This document shows positions 19,403-28,832 of a DNA stretch of 49,952 bases, in pieces. A model generated the notes under the pieces. That model was given only the letters and a program-made list of their open reading frames with translations. It ran no database searches and was not told the DNA's origin. How positions within the stretch are numbered: the stretch's first letter is position 1; every line of letters begins with the position of its first letter. The stretch lies in assembly GCA_037139335.1 (NCBI GenBank), contig JBAXGO010000003.1, positions 1 to 49,952 on the forward strand, written 5' to 3'. This DNA comes from a bacterium. Its GTDB lineage: Bacteria; Patescibacteriota; Dojkabacteria; JAOAGR01; JBAXGO01. The translations under genes were made by a program, and so were the position numbers.

Positions 19403-19789
19403 ATGAAAAAGTTATTTATATTTGCTTTGTGAGCAGTATTTTCTTTTTCGGTAGTTTCAGTTTTCGCCGATACCTCATCTTGCTCTATAGCTCATTCAGA
19501 TAATTTTTCAACTTTAGATACTTCATATTGGACTCCAACTGGAACTTCAGGTCAAACCACTCAAACAGTTTCAAATAATCAGCTTGTATTTACGATTAAT
19601 CGCACAGCATCTGATGCAGGGGCAGAAGTTATGGCAACAAATCCTATTACATCAGATTTTGTAGCTGAAGTTACTGTCGATTCACTGGCATTAAAAAATG
19701 CCAGTGGTTATGGTACAGCTGAATTAGTTGTTATATTACCGAACCAAAGAGTGCATATTTCACTAGCTTATGTAAGGCGATTATTGTAG
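19403..19789 (+). pseudogene. Secreted beta-rich protein frame interrupted by one in-frame TGA (absent from the ORF track)
   Basis: ATG 19403 MKKLFIFAL-TGA(19430)-AVFSFSVVSVFA|DTSSCSIAHSDNFSTLDTSYWTPTG... open to TAG 19789. Confidence 0.7.
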
Positions 19790-19799
19790 ATAATAAATT

Positions 19800-19828
19800 A
19801 AAAAGGTACTTCTTATAAGTACCTTTTT
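19800..19828. terminator. Bidirectional intrinsic terminator
   Basis: AAAAAGGTACT-tcttata-AGTACCTTTTT between convergent units. Confidence 0.8.
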
Positions 19829-19839
19829 ATTTGGTTAAT

Positions 19840-20742
19840 TTATTGCTCAATAATATTTGGTACCTTTTCCTTTCTATACTTTGCATAAAATAAAACAACA
19901 ATACCTAGAATAATTAGTAAGTTGCCGATATTCATATTTATGCTAGGAATCTTTTGTGTGACAATGAAGGAGAGTAGTGTGGTAATTGGAGAAGCAAGTA
20001 CTAAAATTATTGATGCTGTAGATAGTTTTACCGTCTTTAATCCTGAATACCATGTCATGACATAAGTCAGCAGTATAAAAGATGTAATGAAGATCCAGAA
20101 AATCCCAGTTCCATTTAATTTGCTAATAGCAAAAAAATCACCAGATATAAATGAGTATGCAAGGATTATTAATCCACCTCCAAACATTCTAAATAAAATA
20201 ACAGTGTTAGCTGAAATATTTTTCAACACATACTTAGATAATGTGTTTTCAAAAGCCCATAAAATAGTTGCCCCAAGAATCATCAAATCACCCCAACCAA
20301 ATACCAGTGGGGGTAAAAATTTCAATGCTATTACGTTTCCAATAAGTATTAAAATTCCTGCTAAATAATAATTCCAGTTAATCTTTTCTTTCAAAAATTT
20401 AATAGCCAAAATCGCAGAAATAACAAACATAGTCTTTTGTATGAAGGCTCCATTACTGGCATTTGTCAAAGCGAGTCCTTTGAAAAAAAGAATGAAGGGT
20501 ATAGATCCTCCAATTACTGATATTATTAGAAGCTTAATATACTCTGATTTACTTTCTGTAAAAGTTAATTTCGTTTTTTTAAAGGCAAAAATGATTAATA
20601 ATATTGCCAATCCAACTGAAATATTTTTCAAACACGTGAAAAGAACTGGATTTATATTTGTAATCGCATAGCCGTTAATAAAAACAGAGAAACCTGAAAT
20701 TATTGTCGCAGAAAGAATTAATGGAAAACCTTTTATTTTCAT
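19840..20742 (-). CDS. DMT/EamA family transporter
   Basis: Ten TM helices in two repeats; FFKGLALTNAS, FLKEKI, WGDLMILGATILWA. Confidence 0.9.
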   Translation of the reverse strand: MKIKGFPLILSATIISGFSVFINGYAITNINPVLFTCLKNISVGLAILLIIFAFKKTKLTFTESKSEYIKLLIISVIGGSIPFILFFKGLALTNASNGAFIQKTMFVISAILAIKFLKEKINWNYYLAGILILIGNVIALKFLPPLVFGWGDLMILGATILWAFENTLSKYVLKNISANTVILFRMFGGGLIILAYSFISGDFFAISKLNGTGIFWIFITSFILLTYVMTWYSGLKTVKLSTASIILVLASPITTLLSFIVTQKIPSINMNIGNLLIILGIVVLFYAKYRKEKVPNIIEQ

Positions 20743-20795
20743 ATCAAATTATTAAACTCTACATATTAAACTAAAGTACGTTAGTTAACAATTTT

Positions 20796-20823
20796 TCGAC
20801 ATTTACAACTTTTCTTATATAAT
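20796..20823 (+). promoter_or_regulatory. Sigma70-type promoter
   Basis: TCGACA-N16-TATAAT upstream of ATG 20844. Confidence 0.45.
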
Positions 20824-20843
20824 CAGTAATATTGATATTTTTT

Positions 20844-21734
20844 ATGAATAATATTTTACTTGCTGATGAATGGAAAGATTATGAACTTATTGACTCAGCA
20901 AATGGTGAAAAATTGGAAAGATGGGGGCAGTACATATTACGACGGCCAGATGGGCAGGCTATATGGCCATTGGTACAAAACGATTCTAATTGGGAAAACG
21001 CAGATGCAGTCTATACTAGATCTACGACAGGCGGTGGCTTTTGGAAGTTTAAAAAACAAATTGACGAAAGATGGATCATAGGTTATAAAAATCTTAAATT
21101 TTTTGTTGAACCAACAGGATTTAAACATACTGGTTTATTCCCAGAACAGGCTGTTAATTGGGATTGGATGATGGAAAAAATTTTAAATGTAAATAATAAG
21201 AACTCCGGTCGTCGAATGAAGGTCTTAAATCTATTTGGATATACTGGTGCTGCTTCCGTTGCTTGTTCCGTTGCAGGAGCTGATGTCGTGCATGTGGATG
21301 CCTCCAAGGGTATGAATATGTGGGCCAAAGAGAATTACGATTTAAACTATAAAAATGGAGTAGGGGAAGTTAGATTCATAACAGATGATGTGAAAAAATT
21401 TGTTCAAAGAGAAATACGACGAGGAAATAAATATGATGGAATAATCATGGATCCTCCTGTATATGGTCGTGGTCCAAAAGGCGAATTATGGGAAATAGAA
21501 AAAGAAATTGGTCCCTTAATTCAAAATTGTTCTGAATTACTTACAGATAAATCTTTGTTTCTAATTGTTAATTCCTATACAGCAAGTTTTTCGCATATTG
21601 CTTTGGCAAATGTTCTAAATAATGTAGTTTATCAACAATATCGAGGTAATATTGTAAGTGGAGAAATCGGTATTAAAGCTCGTAAATCAGGAGTTATTTT
21701 ACCATGTGGATTGTATGGTAAATGGTATAGCTAA
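20844..21734 (+). CDS. Class I SAM-dependent methyltransferase (RlmI/RlmK-related)
   Basis: KHTGLFPEQAVNW, LNLFGYTG, HVDASK, IIMDPP. Confidence 0.88.
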   Translation: MNNILLADEWKDYELIDSANGEKLERWGQYILRRPDGQAIWPLVQNDSNWENADAVYTRSTTGGGFWKFKKQIDERWIIGYKNLKFFVEPTGFKHTGLFPEQAVNWDWMMEKILNVNNKNSGRRMKVLNLFGYTGAASVACSVAGADVVHVDASKGMNMWAKENYDLNYKNGVGEVRFITDDVKKFVQREIRRGNKYDGIIMDPPVYGRGPKGELWEIEKEIGPLIQNCSELLTDKSLFLIVNSYTASFSHIALANVLNNVVYQQYRGNIVSGEIGIKARKSGVILPCGLYGKWYS

Positions 21735-21737
21735 AAA

Positions 21738-21760
21738 AAGCCTTCCAAAAAGGAAGGCTT
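21738..21760. terminator. Intrinsic terminator between convergent genes
   Basis: AAGCCTTCC-aaaaa-GGAAGGCTT preceded by an A-run (U-run on the minus strand). Confidence 0.75.
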
Positions 21761-21783
21761 CTATCTAATGTTCTAAACTTCGC

Positions 21784-22242
21784 TTAATTATAATATTCTC
21801 TGATTTGAAAAAGAATATATAAAGAAAGTGCGTTGCCAACGATTCCGAAAATACTTAATGATAGTACATTAAATACAATGGCTATTAATGTCGCAATGAA
21901 AACAAAATTCCAACCTTTTCCCTTTGATCTTTTTAATAAACCTGGAATTGCGATACAGTAAAGTATCATTGTTGGTAATCCGAAGACTAGATTTATCAAA
22001 ATCTGGTATGTGTTCAATATATTTACGAAACTTAACGCTGCGCCAAATATTGAAAATATTACTCCCAAAAATATGAATGGAATTGATAATATTAATGCAA
22101 TTACCATAATCCACGGCGAGTATTGAACGATAACCTCTTTCCATTCTTTAGGTAGAGCAGGAGTTTTATCCAAAAAATATGTGCTAAGGAAGTTTTCTAT
22201 TTGTGTCAAGTAGCCTTTTAGGTTTGTTGGCTGTTGTGGCAT
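21784..22242 (-). CDS. Conserved hypothetical membrane protein
   Basis: PALPKEWKEVIVQYSPWI followed by about 4 TM helices and GW motif. Confidence 0.7.
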   Translation of the reverse strand: MPQQPTNLKGYLTQIENFLSTYFLDKTPALPKEWKEVIVQYSPWIMVIALILSIPFIFLGVIFSIFGAALSFVNILNTYQILINLVFGLPTMILYCIAIPGLLKRSKGKGWNFVFIATLIAIVFNVLSLSIFGIVGNALSLYILFQIREYYN

Positions 22243-22303
22243 TGTTATATGTACAATTATTTATGTTATATTAAGCATATCTTATCTACTAGTTGATGTC
22301 AAT

Positions 22304-23143
22304 TTATTGACTTTTAAAAAATCTTTTTATTACTTTTTCTCTTGCTTGATTCTCAATGTAATTTTCCAAATCTATTAAAATTGTTTTACCTTCTCCATAT
22401 TTTGTAACTAAAGCTTTTTTTAATAACATATCTGCAAATTCTGGATTTTTTGGTAAGAATGAACCGTGTAAATAGCAACCAAATACATTTTTGTATATTC
22501 CGCCTTCTTCTCCTCCTGCTTCGCTATTACCAGTTCCAAATAAAACTTTGCCAAAAGTAATTTTGTTAGTATCAAGAAATTTTGTTCTTCCACTATGGTT
22601 TTCAAAGCCTACTAATTTAATATTTTTTAATTCAGGGATTTCTGAATCTACAACAATGTTTCCTATGCATCTGATTTTCCCGCCTACGGTATCGACATTT
22701 AAAATACCAAGTCCATCAATTTTCTTACCGCCTACCGTTAAAAAAGATTTTCCGAATAATTGGTAACCACCACAGATTAATAAAAATACCTTATTTATTT
22801 CTACAAGATTTTTAATTTCTTCTTTATATTGCAGTAGGTCTTGATAAACGTCAGCCTGATCCATGTCTTGGCCACCTCCCATAAAGTAAATATCAAAATC
22901 GAATATTTTTTTTTCTACAATATTTCCTTTTTCATCCGTTATTTTTCCTCCTATGTGTAATTGAAATACTTCAGCTCCAAGTCCACGCCATTGAAGTCTT
23001 TTTTTTAGACAAATCACATTTCCGTAATCTCCGTATATATTCATTTCTTTGGGATACATGTGAAGTATGTCCAAATTATTAGCAGATAATTCATCTAGTT
23101 CTACATCTGTTGTATTCGATTCCTTTCTTTTTATTATTGCCAC
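22304..23143 (-). CDS. gatD: GatD/CobQ-like type 1 glutamine amidotransferase (lipid II amidation subunit)
   Basis: MNIYGDYGN, GGGQD, ICGGYQL (catalytic Cys), GFENHSGRT, YLHGSFLPKNP..AD. Confidence 0.85.
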   Translation of the reverse strand: MAIIKRKESNTTDVELDELSANNLDILHMYPKEMNIYGDYGNVICLKKRLQWRGLGAEVFQLHIGGKITDEKGNIVEKKIFDFDIYFMGGGQDMDQADVYQDLLQYKEEIKNLVEINKVFLLICGGYQLFGKSFLTVGGKKIDGLGILNVDTVGGKIRCIGNIVVDSEIPELKNIKLVGFENHSGRTKFLDTNKITFGKVLFGTGNSEAGGEEGGIYKNVFGCYLHGSFLPKNPEFADMLLKKALVTKYGEGKTILIDLENYIENQAREKVIKRFFKSQ

Positions 23144-23244
23144 ATTATTTTATTTAGAAATAATTCTTTCTTTATTATAACAGGTTAGCATATTGACAAA
23201 TCTACCCATATATTGCAATAATATACTCCACTCGAAAACATATA

Positions 23245-23955
23245 ATGTTTAGAAAATCTCCTGATACAAAACCTAGATCAGAAACTCCTTTGGATATACC
23301 AAGTAATCCAGAGTTTAATGTAAGGTCTTTTTTATCAACAGAAATTAATATAGGTAAATTATATTATTATTTATATAAAACTATATTCAATACGATATAT
23401 TTAAGTGCACAAAGTAATATTCGACATCAATATTGGTTAGCTTATGATACTAATGCTACAAGTTTACCAGAATGGCATATCATTCCATGTGGCAAAAATT
23501 TAAATATTGGTGTAATCCAAATAAATAAAATAAAACGGTCTCACCATATTATGCCAGCTCTCATAAAAAAATTTAAAAAGAAGGAAATCGATATTCCGTG
23601 GTATTCGTTTGGTGTAGATAGTAGTATTAGTGGTGGCTCATTAGATATTGAGCTTCAGATGAATAGATTACAAGGTTCTGATTTATTATTACCAGCTCCC
23701 ACCGCAACTCAGCAAGTATTCAAATACACAGGAGTTACTCTGCTTTTTACAAATAGTGGCTCTCGTGTTAGTGTATCGACTTCTTTAGTTGAAGAAGGAA
23801 ATTATCGCCCACATATTGAATTATCTGAATCGTATGGTTTAGATAAAAGTGGCTTTTTTTTAGCGAATGATATGAGACGTGGATCTGGTATGCTTTTAAA
23901 ACCAGCTGATACCTTCGCTTGTGGAACGCAATTTATTGCTTCAGCATTAGTATAG
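23245..23955 (+). CDS. Hypothetical protein
   Basis: 236-aa ORF with ATG; upstream TTGACA at 23193; no recognised motif. Confidence 0.6.
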   Translation: MFRKSPDTKPRSETPLDIPSNPEFNVRSFLSTEINIGKLYYYLYKTIFNTIYLSAQSNIRHQYWLAYDTNATSLPEWHIIPCGKNLNIGVIQINKIKRSHHIMPALIKKFKKKEIDIPWYSFGVDSSISGGSLDIELQMNRLQGSDLLLPAPTATQQVFKYTGVTLLFTNSGSRVSVSTSLVEEGNYRPHIELSESYGLDKSGFFLANDMRRGSGMLLKPADTFACGTQFIASALV

Positions 23956-24948
23956 TGAAGATTTTATAATTTCTTCAATTTCATCAACAGTTTTTGCAAA
24001 AATTAATTTTTGTCTTACTTCTGATGCGTTTTCGAATCCTTTTACATACCCAGAAATATGTTTTCTGCTTTCTATTAAACCTCTATCGCCAGATTCATTA
24101 AATGCTAATTTTGCGTGTTCAAGATATGTATTCAGTCGTAATTTTAAATTTATTTCTATGTTTTTATCTTTGTTCGTGGGTAAGTTTAAATCTCTTTTTA
24201 TTTCGTGAAAAATAAATGGATTGCCAAATGTTGCACGTCCTATTGTTACTCCAATACATCCCAAATCGAGTGCTCTTTTTACGTCATCAGCTTTTTTCAC
24301 ATCGCCATTTCCCAGTACAGGAATTGATATATTTTTTGCAACATCTCCAATTACATTCCAATCAGCATATCCTGAATATCCCATTTTCAACGTTCTACCA
24401 TGAACTATTAGTCCTTCTGCGCCGGCTTGTTGCAGCATTTGTGCGAAATCTTTTGCGATTACGTTATCATAACCAATACGCATTTTGACTGTGACAGGGT
24501 AATGTTTTTTTTCATAAAGTTTGAGGGAGTCTGAAATAGATGCTGTATATTCATTTCGTGCTTTTATCACCGATTTAACTATGTTTTCTGCAAGGTCGGG
24601 AGTTCTCATCAATGCGCAACCTGAACCATGTCCCGATACGCTTTTGCTAGGACAACCCATATTAATATCTACGCCGTCAAACCCTAGTGACAAAACATAT
24701 TTTGTTGCTGAATAAAAATCGTCAGGATTGTTGCCGTAAATCTGAACTATAACAGGACGTTCTTTTTCGCTAAATTTTAAGATTGGATCTCGATACTTCG
24801 CCGAACGCAAAAGCCCAGTAGAATGAATAAATTCTGTGAACACTACATCCGCTCCCCATTCATGGCATATTTGGCGGAAAGAAGTGTCAGTCACGCCGTC
24901 CATGGCGCCAAGCGCGATGATAGGTTGTTGTAATTTTAACCAGTCCAT
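23947..24948 (-). CDS. tRNA-dihydrouridine synthase family protein
   Basis: AMDGVTD, VQIYGN, DINMGCP, TVKMR, HGRT, GNGD, IGR. Confidence 0.93.
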   Translation of the reverse strand: MDWLKLQQPIIALGAMDGVTDTSFRQICHEWGADVVFTEFIHSTGLLRSAKYRDPILKFSEKERPVIVQIYGNNPDDFYSATKYVLSLGFDGVDINMGCPSKSVSGHGSGCALMRTPDLAENIVKSVIKARNEYTASISDSLKLYEKKHYPVTVKMRIGYDNVIAKDFAQMLQQAGAEGLIVHGRTLKMGYSGYADWNVIGDVAKNISIPVLGNGDVKKADDVKRALDLGCIGVTIGRATFGNPFIFHEIKRDLNLPTNKDKNIEINLKLRLNTYLEHAKLAFNESGDRGLIESRKHISGYVKGFENASEVRQKLIFAKTVDEIEEIIKSSLY

Positions 24949-25051
24949 AATTGATAAAAACAGGGTATTATAACATTATTTGATGTTGATTATAATTGAA
25001 AAGATGAAAAACAAACGATAAGGTATATAATATTATATTTAAGATATTCTT

Positions 25052-25609
25052 ATGGATGGTGGTCTTAATGAAGTAAAAGGGGGATTTACTAAAAATAAAG
25101 AGATTAGTCCTCAAGAAAAATTAATTAGTGCAATTGAAAATAGTCGTGACGGTAAAAGTGGACGTGATGAAAGCGCTTTTAGAAATTTAACAGAATTTGC
25201 TGATAGTGCAAGAGATCTTATAACAGGGACTTTTGGCGGCATTCCTTTAACAGAAGAAATGAGGGAGGCTAGGCTTGGAAGTATTCGTTATAATATGGAA
25301 ATGTTTAAAACTATGGCTAATATTGAAGATAATCCATTACAAACAAATGATAGTAAACCTTTTCATTTTTATGAGGTTGGAGGACATGTCTTTTATATTG
25401 ATGAAAAAGGTGATATACAGTTTGTAAAAAAACAATTTGATACTCCTAGAATCGCTGGAAAAGGATTCTTTATGAATGCAATTATTAAATTAGGAGACAA
25501 ATATGGACTTTCAAAAGAAGAAACAGCTCGTGTATATTTAAGATATTTTCCCTTGGATGTTAAGGACGGCAATGGTAATGTAAGAAGTGTAAAAGAGGAC
25601 AGATCTTGA
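25052..25609 (+). CDS. Hypothetical soluble protein
   Basis: 185-aa ORF with protein-like composition; no recognised motif. Confidence 0.6.
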   Translation: MDGGLNEVKGGFTKNKEISPQEKLISAIENSRDGKSGRDESAFRNLTEFADSARDLITGTFGGIPLTEEMREARLGSIRYNMEMFKTMANIEDNPLQTNDSKPFHFYEVGGHVFYIDEKGDIQFVKKQFDTPRIAGKGFFMNAIIKLGDKYGLSKEETARVYLRYFPLDVKDGNGNVRSVKEDRS

Positions 25610-26278
25610 TTAATTCAATAATTCTCTTATCGGTCTGAAGCTTTTTCTGTGAATGTCGGAGGGACCGAATATTTTCAGCATGTCGGAATGAAATTTTGTT
25701 CCATAGCCTTTGTGTTTATCAAAGCCGTATTCGGGGTATATTTTATGTAGGTCATGCATTAGTCTGTCTCTATGCTCTTTTGCTAGTATTGATGCGGCTG
25801 AAATTGAAGGGCAGAGTGCATCACCGTCAACTACGGTTTCTACATCCCATTCTATCCCTTGGAATACACCTAGTTCTGAAATTAGCTCTTTAATATTATT
25901 AAATTTACCATCGATTAGAATTCCTACTGAATTGATATTTTGTGCAGAATTAATAATGTCTTCTAGGCATGATAATATGCCAGTTTTTGTGGCTTCTAGT
26001 ATGTTGATTTCGTCAATTATTTCGTGGCTTATGTCTGCTATGGTGTAAGTTTTTACGCATTCTTTTATCTCTTTATCCAAGATCTCACGTTTTTTGTGGT
26101 TAAGCTTTTTGGAATCATTTAAAAATTTTAATGCTGATATTGCATTTAACTTCTCAACATCTAATAAAACGGCTCCTATGGTGACTGGTCCAGCCCATGG
26201 GCCTCTTCCAGCTTCATCTACACCGATTATGTATTTGTATTTTTCTAGAAAAACTTTTTCTAACTGATTTATTGTCAT
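25610..26278 (-). CDS. rnhB: Ribonuclease HII
   Basis: GVDEAGRGP, DSKKL, GD..SISAASILAK, HKGYGT, HRKSF. Confidence 0.96.
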   Translation of the reverse strand: MTINQLEKVFLEKYKYIIGVDEAGRGPWAGPVTIGAVLLDVEKLNAISALKFLNDSKKLNHKKREILDKEIKECVKTYTIADISHEIIDEINILEATKTGILSCLEDIINSAQNINSVGILIDGKFNNIKELISELGVFQGIEWDVETVVDGDALCPSISAASILAKEHRDRLMHDLHKIYPEYGFDKHKGYGTKFHSDMLKIFGPSDIHRKSFRPIRELLN

Positions 26279-26302
26279 GAACTATTCTGCCTGAAAACAA
26301 AA

Positions 26303-26325
26303 AATCCTGCAACTAGTGCAGGATT
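26303..26325 (-). terminator. Terminator after rplS
   Basis: AATCCTGCA-actag-TGCAGGATT with a minus-strand U-run. Confidence 0.75.
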
Positions 26326-26362
26326 AAAAATCTCTTTCAAAAGATAAACTCATTGCTGAGTC

Positions 26363-26725
26363 TTATTTCTTTTTTTCGGCTGGTTTGACGTACAAAGCCT
26401 GTTTACCAACTCTACCTCTTAGGTAACCAAGTTTAGCTCTTCTGACTCTACCTTTTTTGATAATCTCGATTTTATCTACAGCAGGGGAGTGGATTGCAAG
26501 AATTTTCTCTACGAATACACCAGCATCGCTAAGTTTTCTTACAACTATTGTTGTTTCTATTCCGCCGTGTCTGTGTTCTGTTACGATACCTTCGAAAGCT
26601 TGGCTTCTTATACCCTTAGCTTCTTTTACTTTCGTAAACACCTTTACTGTATCTCCGACATTTATTGTTGGTAAGTCGGTCTTTATCTGTGAACTAGTGA
26701 CTTTTGAAATTTGAACTGTATCCAT
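26363..26725 (-). CDS. rplS: 50S ribosomal protein L19
   Basis: GDTVKV..KE....R.QAFEG, VRK, GRVRRAKL.YLR; ATG at 26725 preferred. Confidence 0.96.
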   Translation of the reverse strand: MDTVQISKVTSSQIKTDLPTINVGDTVKVFTKVKEAKGIRSQAFEGIVTEHRHGGIETTIVVRKLSDAGVFVEKILAIHSPAVDKIEIIKKGRVRRAKLGYLRGRVGKQALYVKPAEKKK

Positions 26726-26781
26726 GGCATTAAAAATAAGCATGACGATTATATATTAAAACTGGCAAAAATACAAAGCCG

Positions 26782-27549
26782 TTATATTCTAATTGGGTCA
26801 CCTAGTACTGGTTCTGGTTTGAATATTTTTGCATCAATGAAGGCTCCAAACATACCAACGAAGTCCCTGACTATGTTTGTCCATACACCAGGATAGCTTT
26901 CCATGTCTGCTCGGATGCCGATGGTATCAATTCCCATTGATTTGCATAAAAAAACAGCTCTATTAATATGGAAATCTTGTGTAACGACAAAGAGTCTACT
27001 TTGTCCAAATATTACTTTGGCTCTATAGCACGAGTCATATGTCCTTCTACCTGCATAATCAGCAACTAGTTTGTATTCAGGAATACCTCTTTTCAAAAGG
27101 TAGTTTTTCATGACTTCTGGCTCGTTATAATTTTCTTGTCGGTTATCACCGCTTAATATTAATTTTGAAACTTTTCCCATCTTTAATAAATTATAACCTG
27201 TATCCAGGCGATCTTGAAGCATTTTGGAAGGACCTCCGTCAGAAGATATGCCAGCACCTAAAACTAAAGCTGTATAACGACTATCTACACTTTCTATGTC
27301 GCTAATATTTTTAACGAGATCTTTATATTTAGCATCATAGTATACATTGAGTATTGTAATGATAAAAAAAATCAATAAAGTGATAGCTAAACAAGCTAAT
27401 AAAATTTTCTTTTTATGAATAATTATAAATTCTATTGTAAATCTAGAACAGGATTTTATCTTTCGTAAAATTTTTTTCAATACTTTCTTTATCCTACCTA
27501 AAGTAAGATATTTTCTTATATTATCAAGATTAACTTTTTTTAATTTCAT
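26782..27549 (-). CDS. SanA/YdcF (DUF218) family protein
   Basis: ALVLGAG, DRLD, LILSGDN..YNEPEVM, DYAGRRTYDSCYRA, TQDFHINRA. Confidence 0.9.
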   Translation of the reverse strand: MKLKKVNLDNIRKYLTLGRIKKVLKKILRKIKSCSRFTIEFIIIHKKKILLACLAITLLIFFIITILNVYYDAKYKDLVKNISDIESVDSRYTALVLGAGISSDGGPSKMLQDRLDTGYNLLKMGKVSKLILSGDNRQENYNEPEVMKNYLLKRGIPEYKLVADYAGRRTYDSCYRAKVIFGQSRLFVVTQDFHINRAVFLCKSMGIDTIGIRADMESYPGVWTNIVRDFVGMFGAFIDAKIFKPEPVLGDPIRI

Positions 27550-28093
27550 AAAGGTATACTTTTTCTTTAGTTGCTGATTTTAAAGGTTCAATATCTCCAA
27601 ATTGGAATGTATTTGATACTACCCTTATAGTATCGTATTTGCTTTCGTTTAGTCTATTCTGTATTTTATCCATTACCCAAGGCATAGTATACAAAAGATA
27701 TACATTATATTTAGAAAAATCAGCTTTGAATAAATCCTTTCGAAGTATTACAGCGTTTTTGGATAATCCTAAACATTTTATTTTTATCCTTGACCACCAT
27801 ACTAATACGGGATTTAATTCATATCCAACTGCGTATGCTCCAGCTCTTGCAGCTGCTATTACCATTCTTCCGTCTCCAGAGCCTAGATCTATAACCTGGT
27901 CTCCTGGCTTTACTTCTGCAAATTCCATAATTTTTCTTAATCTTCTTCTAGACGTTGGTACATAAGGAAGGCCGAATTTGCTTTTCAATTTCATATTACT
28001 AATATCTATCCAGAATTGAGAAGTAATAAATATAGTGAGCAAAAGAAGAAGTAGAATATAAAAACTTAAAACGACTATTTGTAAAAAGGACAT
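27530..28093 (-). CDS. Membrane-anchored SAM-dependent methyltransferase (FAM173/aKMT-like)
   Basis: N-terminal TM, PYVPT, DLGSGDGRMV, GYELNP, VVSNTF. Confidence 0.8.
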   Translation of the reverse strand: MSFLQIVVLSFYILLLLLLTIFITSQFWIDISNMKLKSKFGLPYVPTSRRRLRKIMEFAEVKPGDQVIDLGSGDGRMVIAAARAGAYAVGYELNPVLVWWSRIKIKCLGLSKNAVILRKDLFKADFSKYNVYLLYTMPWVMDKIQNRLNESKYDTIRVVSNTFQFGDIEPLKSATKEKVYLYEIKKS

Positions 28094-28214
28094 GATAATA
28101 AATAATAACAATCAAGTTTACAACAAATAATGGCTGAAAGGTATATTGTCTACACAAACGAATGGTAGAGTGGCTTGGTTAAGTATATAATAAATTTTAT
28201 TAACAGGTTCAAAC

Positions 28215-28811
28215 ATGTTTGATACGATTCTAGTTTTATTTATATTAGCTTTTGTTTTCAATATTATTCCAGATGTTGCTCCGCCTACATCTCTTTTACT
28301 TAGCTTTTATTACATTCAAACAGATGCGAATATAATTGTATTAACTATTACTACAGTTATTGGTGCAATTCTTGGTAGAATGGCTTTATATGTAATAGTG
28401 CGTTATTTGGGAGCTAAATTTCTAGCAGATCATATTCACAATGGTTACGGAATATTAAGAAAAATTGTGCACAAAAATAATTTAATAACTACTGGTGTAA
28501 TGGCTTTGTATAGCATTTCTCCATTGTCTACTGGTCCTGTTTTCATTCTTGCAGGGGCTGCAAAAATTAAATTTTGGCCCATTGCACTTGGTTTTATCTT
28601 GGGGCGTTGGATTCAATATTTTATTGTCGCGCTTACTGTATCAAAAGTTTATTCATCACTTGGTGATATTATTGGGCAGGGAGTCTTCAATCCTGTTTCA
28701 ATCCTTTTGGGAATTATAGGGATTATTTGTTCAATTACTCTTACTTTTCTAGACTGGGAATGTCTCATAAATAATAAAAAAATAAAATTTCACAGAAATA
28801 TTTTTAAATAG
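28215..28811 (+). CDS. DedA/VTT-like membrane protein
   Basis: GAILGRMALY..RYLG and AG..KIKFW....GFILGRWIQY in a multi-TM protein. Confidence 0.55.
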   Translation: MFDTILVLFILAFVFNIIPDVAPPTSLLLSFYYIQTDANIIVLTITTVIGAILGRMALYVIVRYLGAKFLADHIHNGYGILRKIVHKNNLITTGVMALYSISPLSTGPVFILAGAAKIKFWPIALGFILGRWIQYFIVALTVSKVYSSLGDIIGQGVFNPVSILLGIIGIICSITLTFLDWECLINNKKIKFHRNIFK

Positions 28812-28832
28812 TCTGATATACTTTTTACCTTA

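Noticed and set aside
19430-19432. Genome-wide UGA recoding (code 25) or selenocysteine
   Set aside because: Recognisable genes end at TGA (12463, 48192, alaS 49792) and no long gene needs readthrough; the codon lies in a signal peptide, an implausible Sec site
25610-26725. rplS-rnhB adjacency
   Set aside because: Widely conserved ordinary gene order
28155-28195. tRNA-like words (TGGTAGAG...GGTT)
   Set aside because: No T-arm, acceptor stem or cloverleaf
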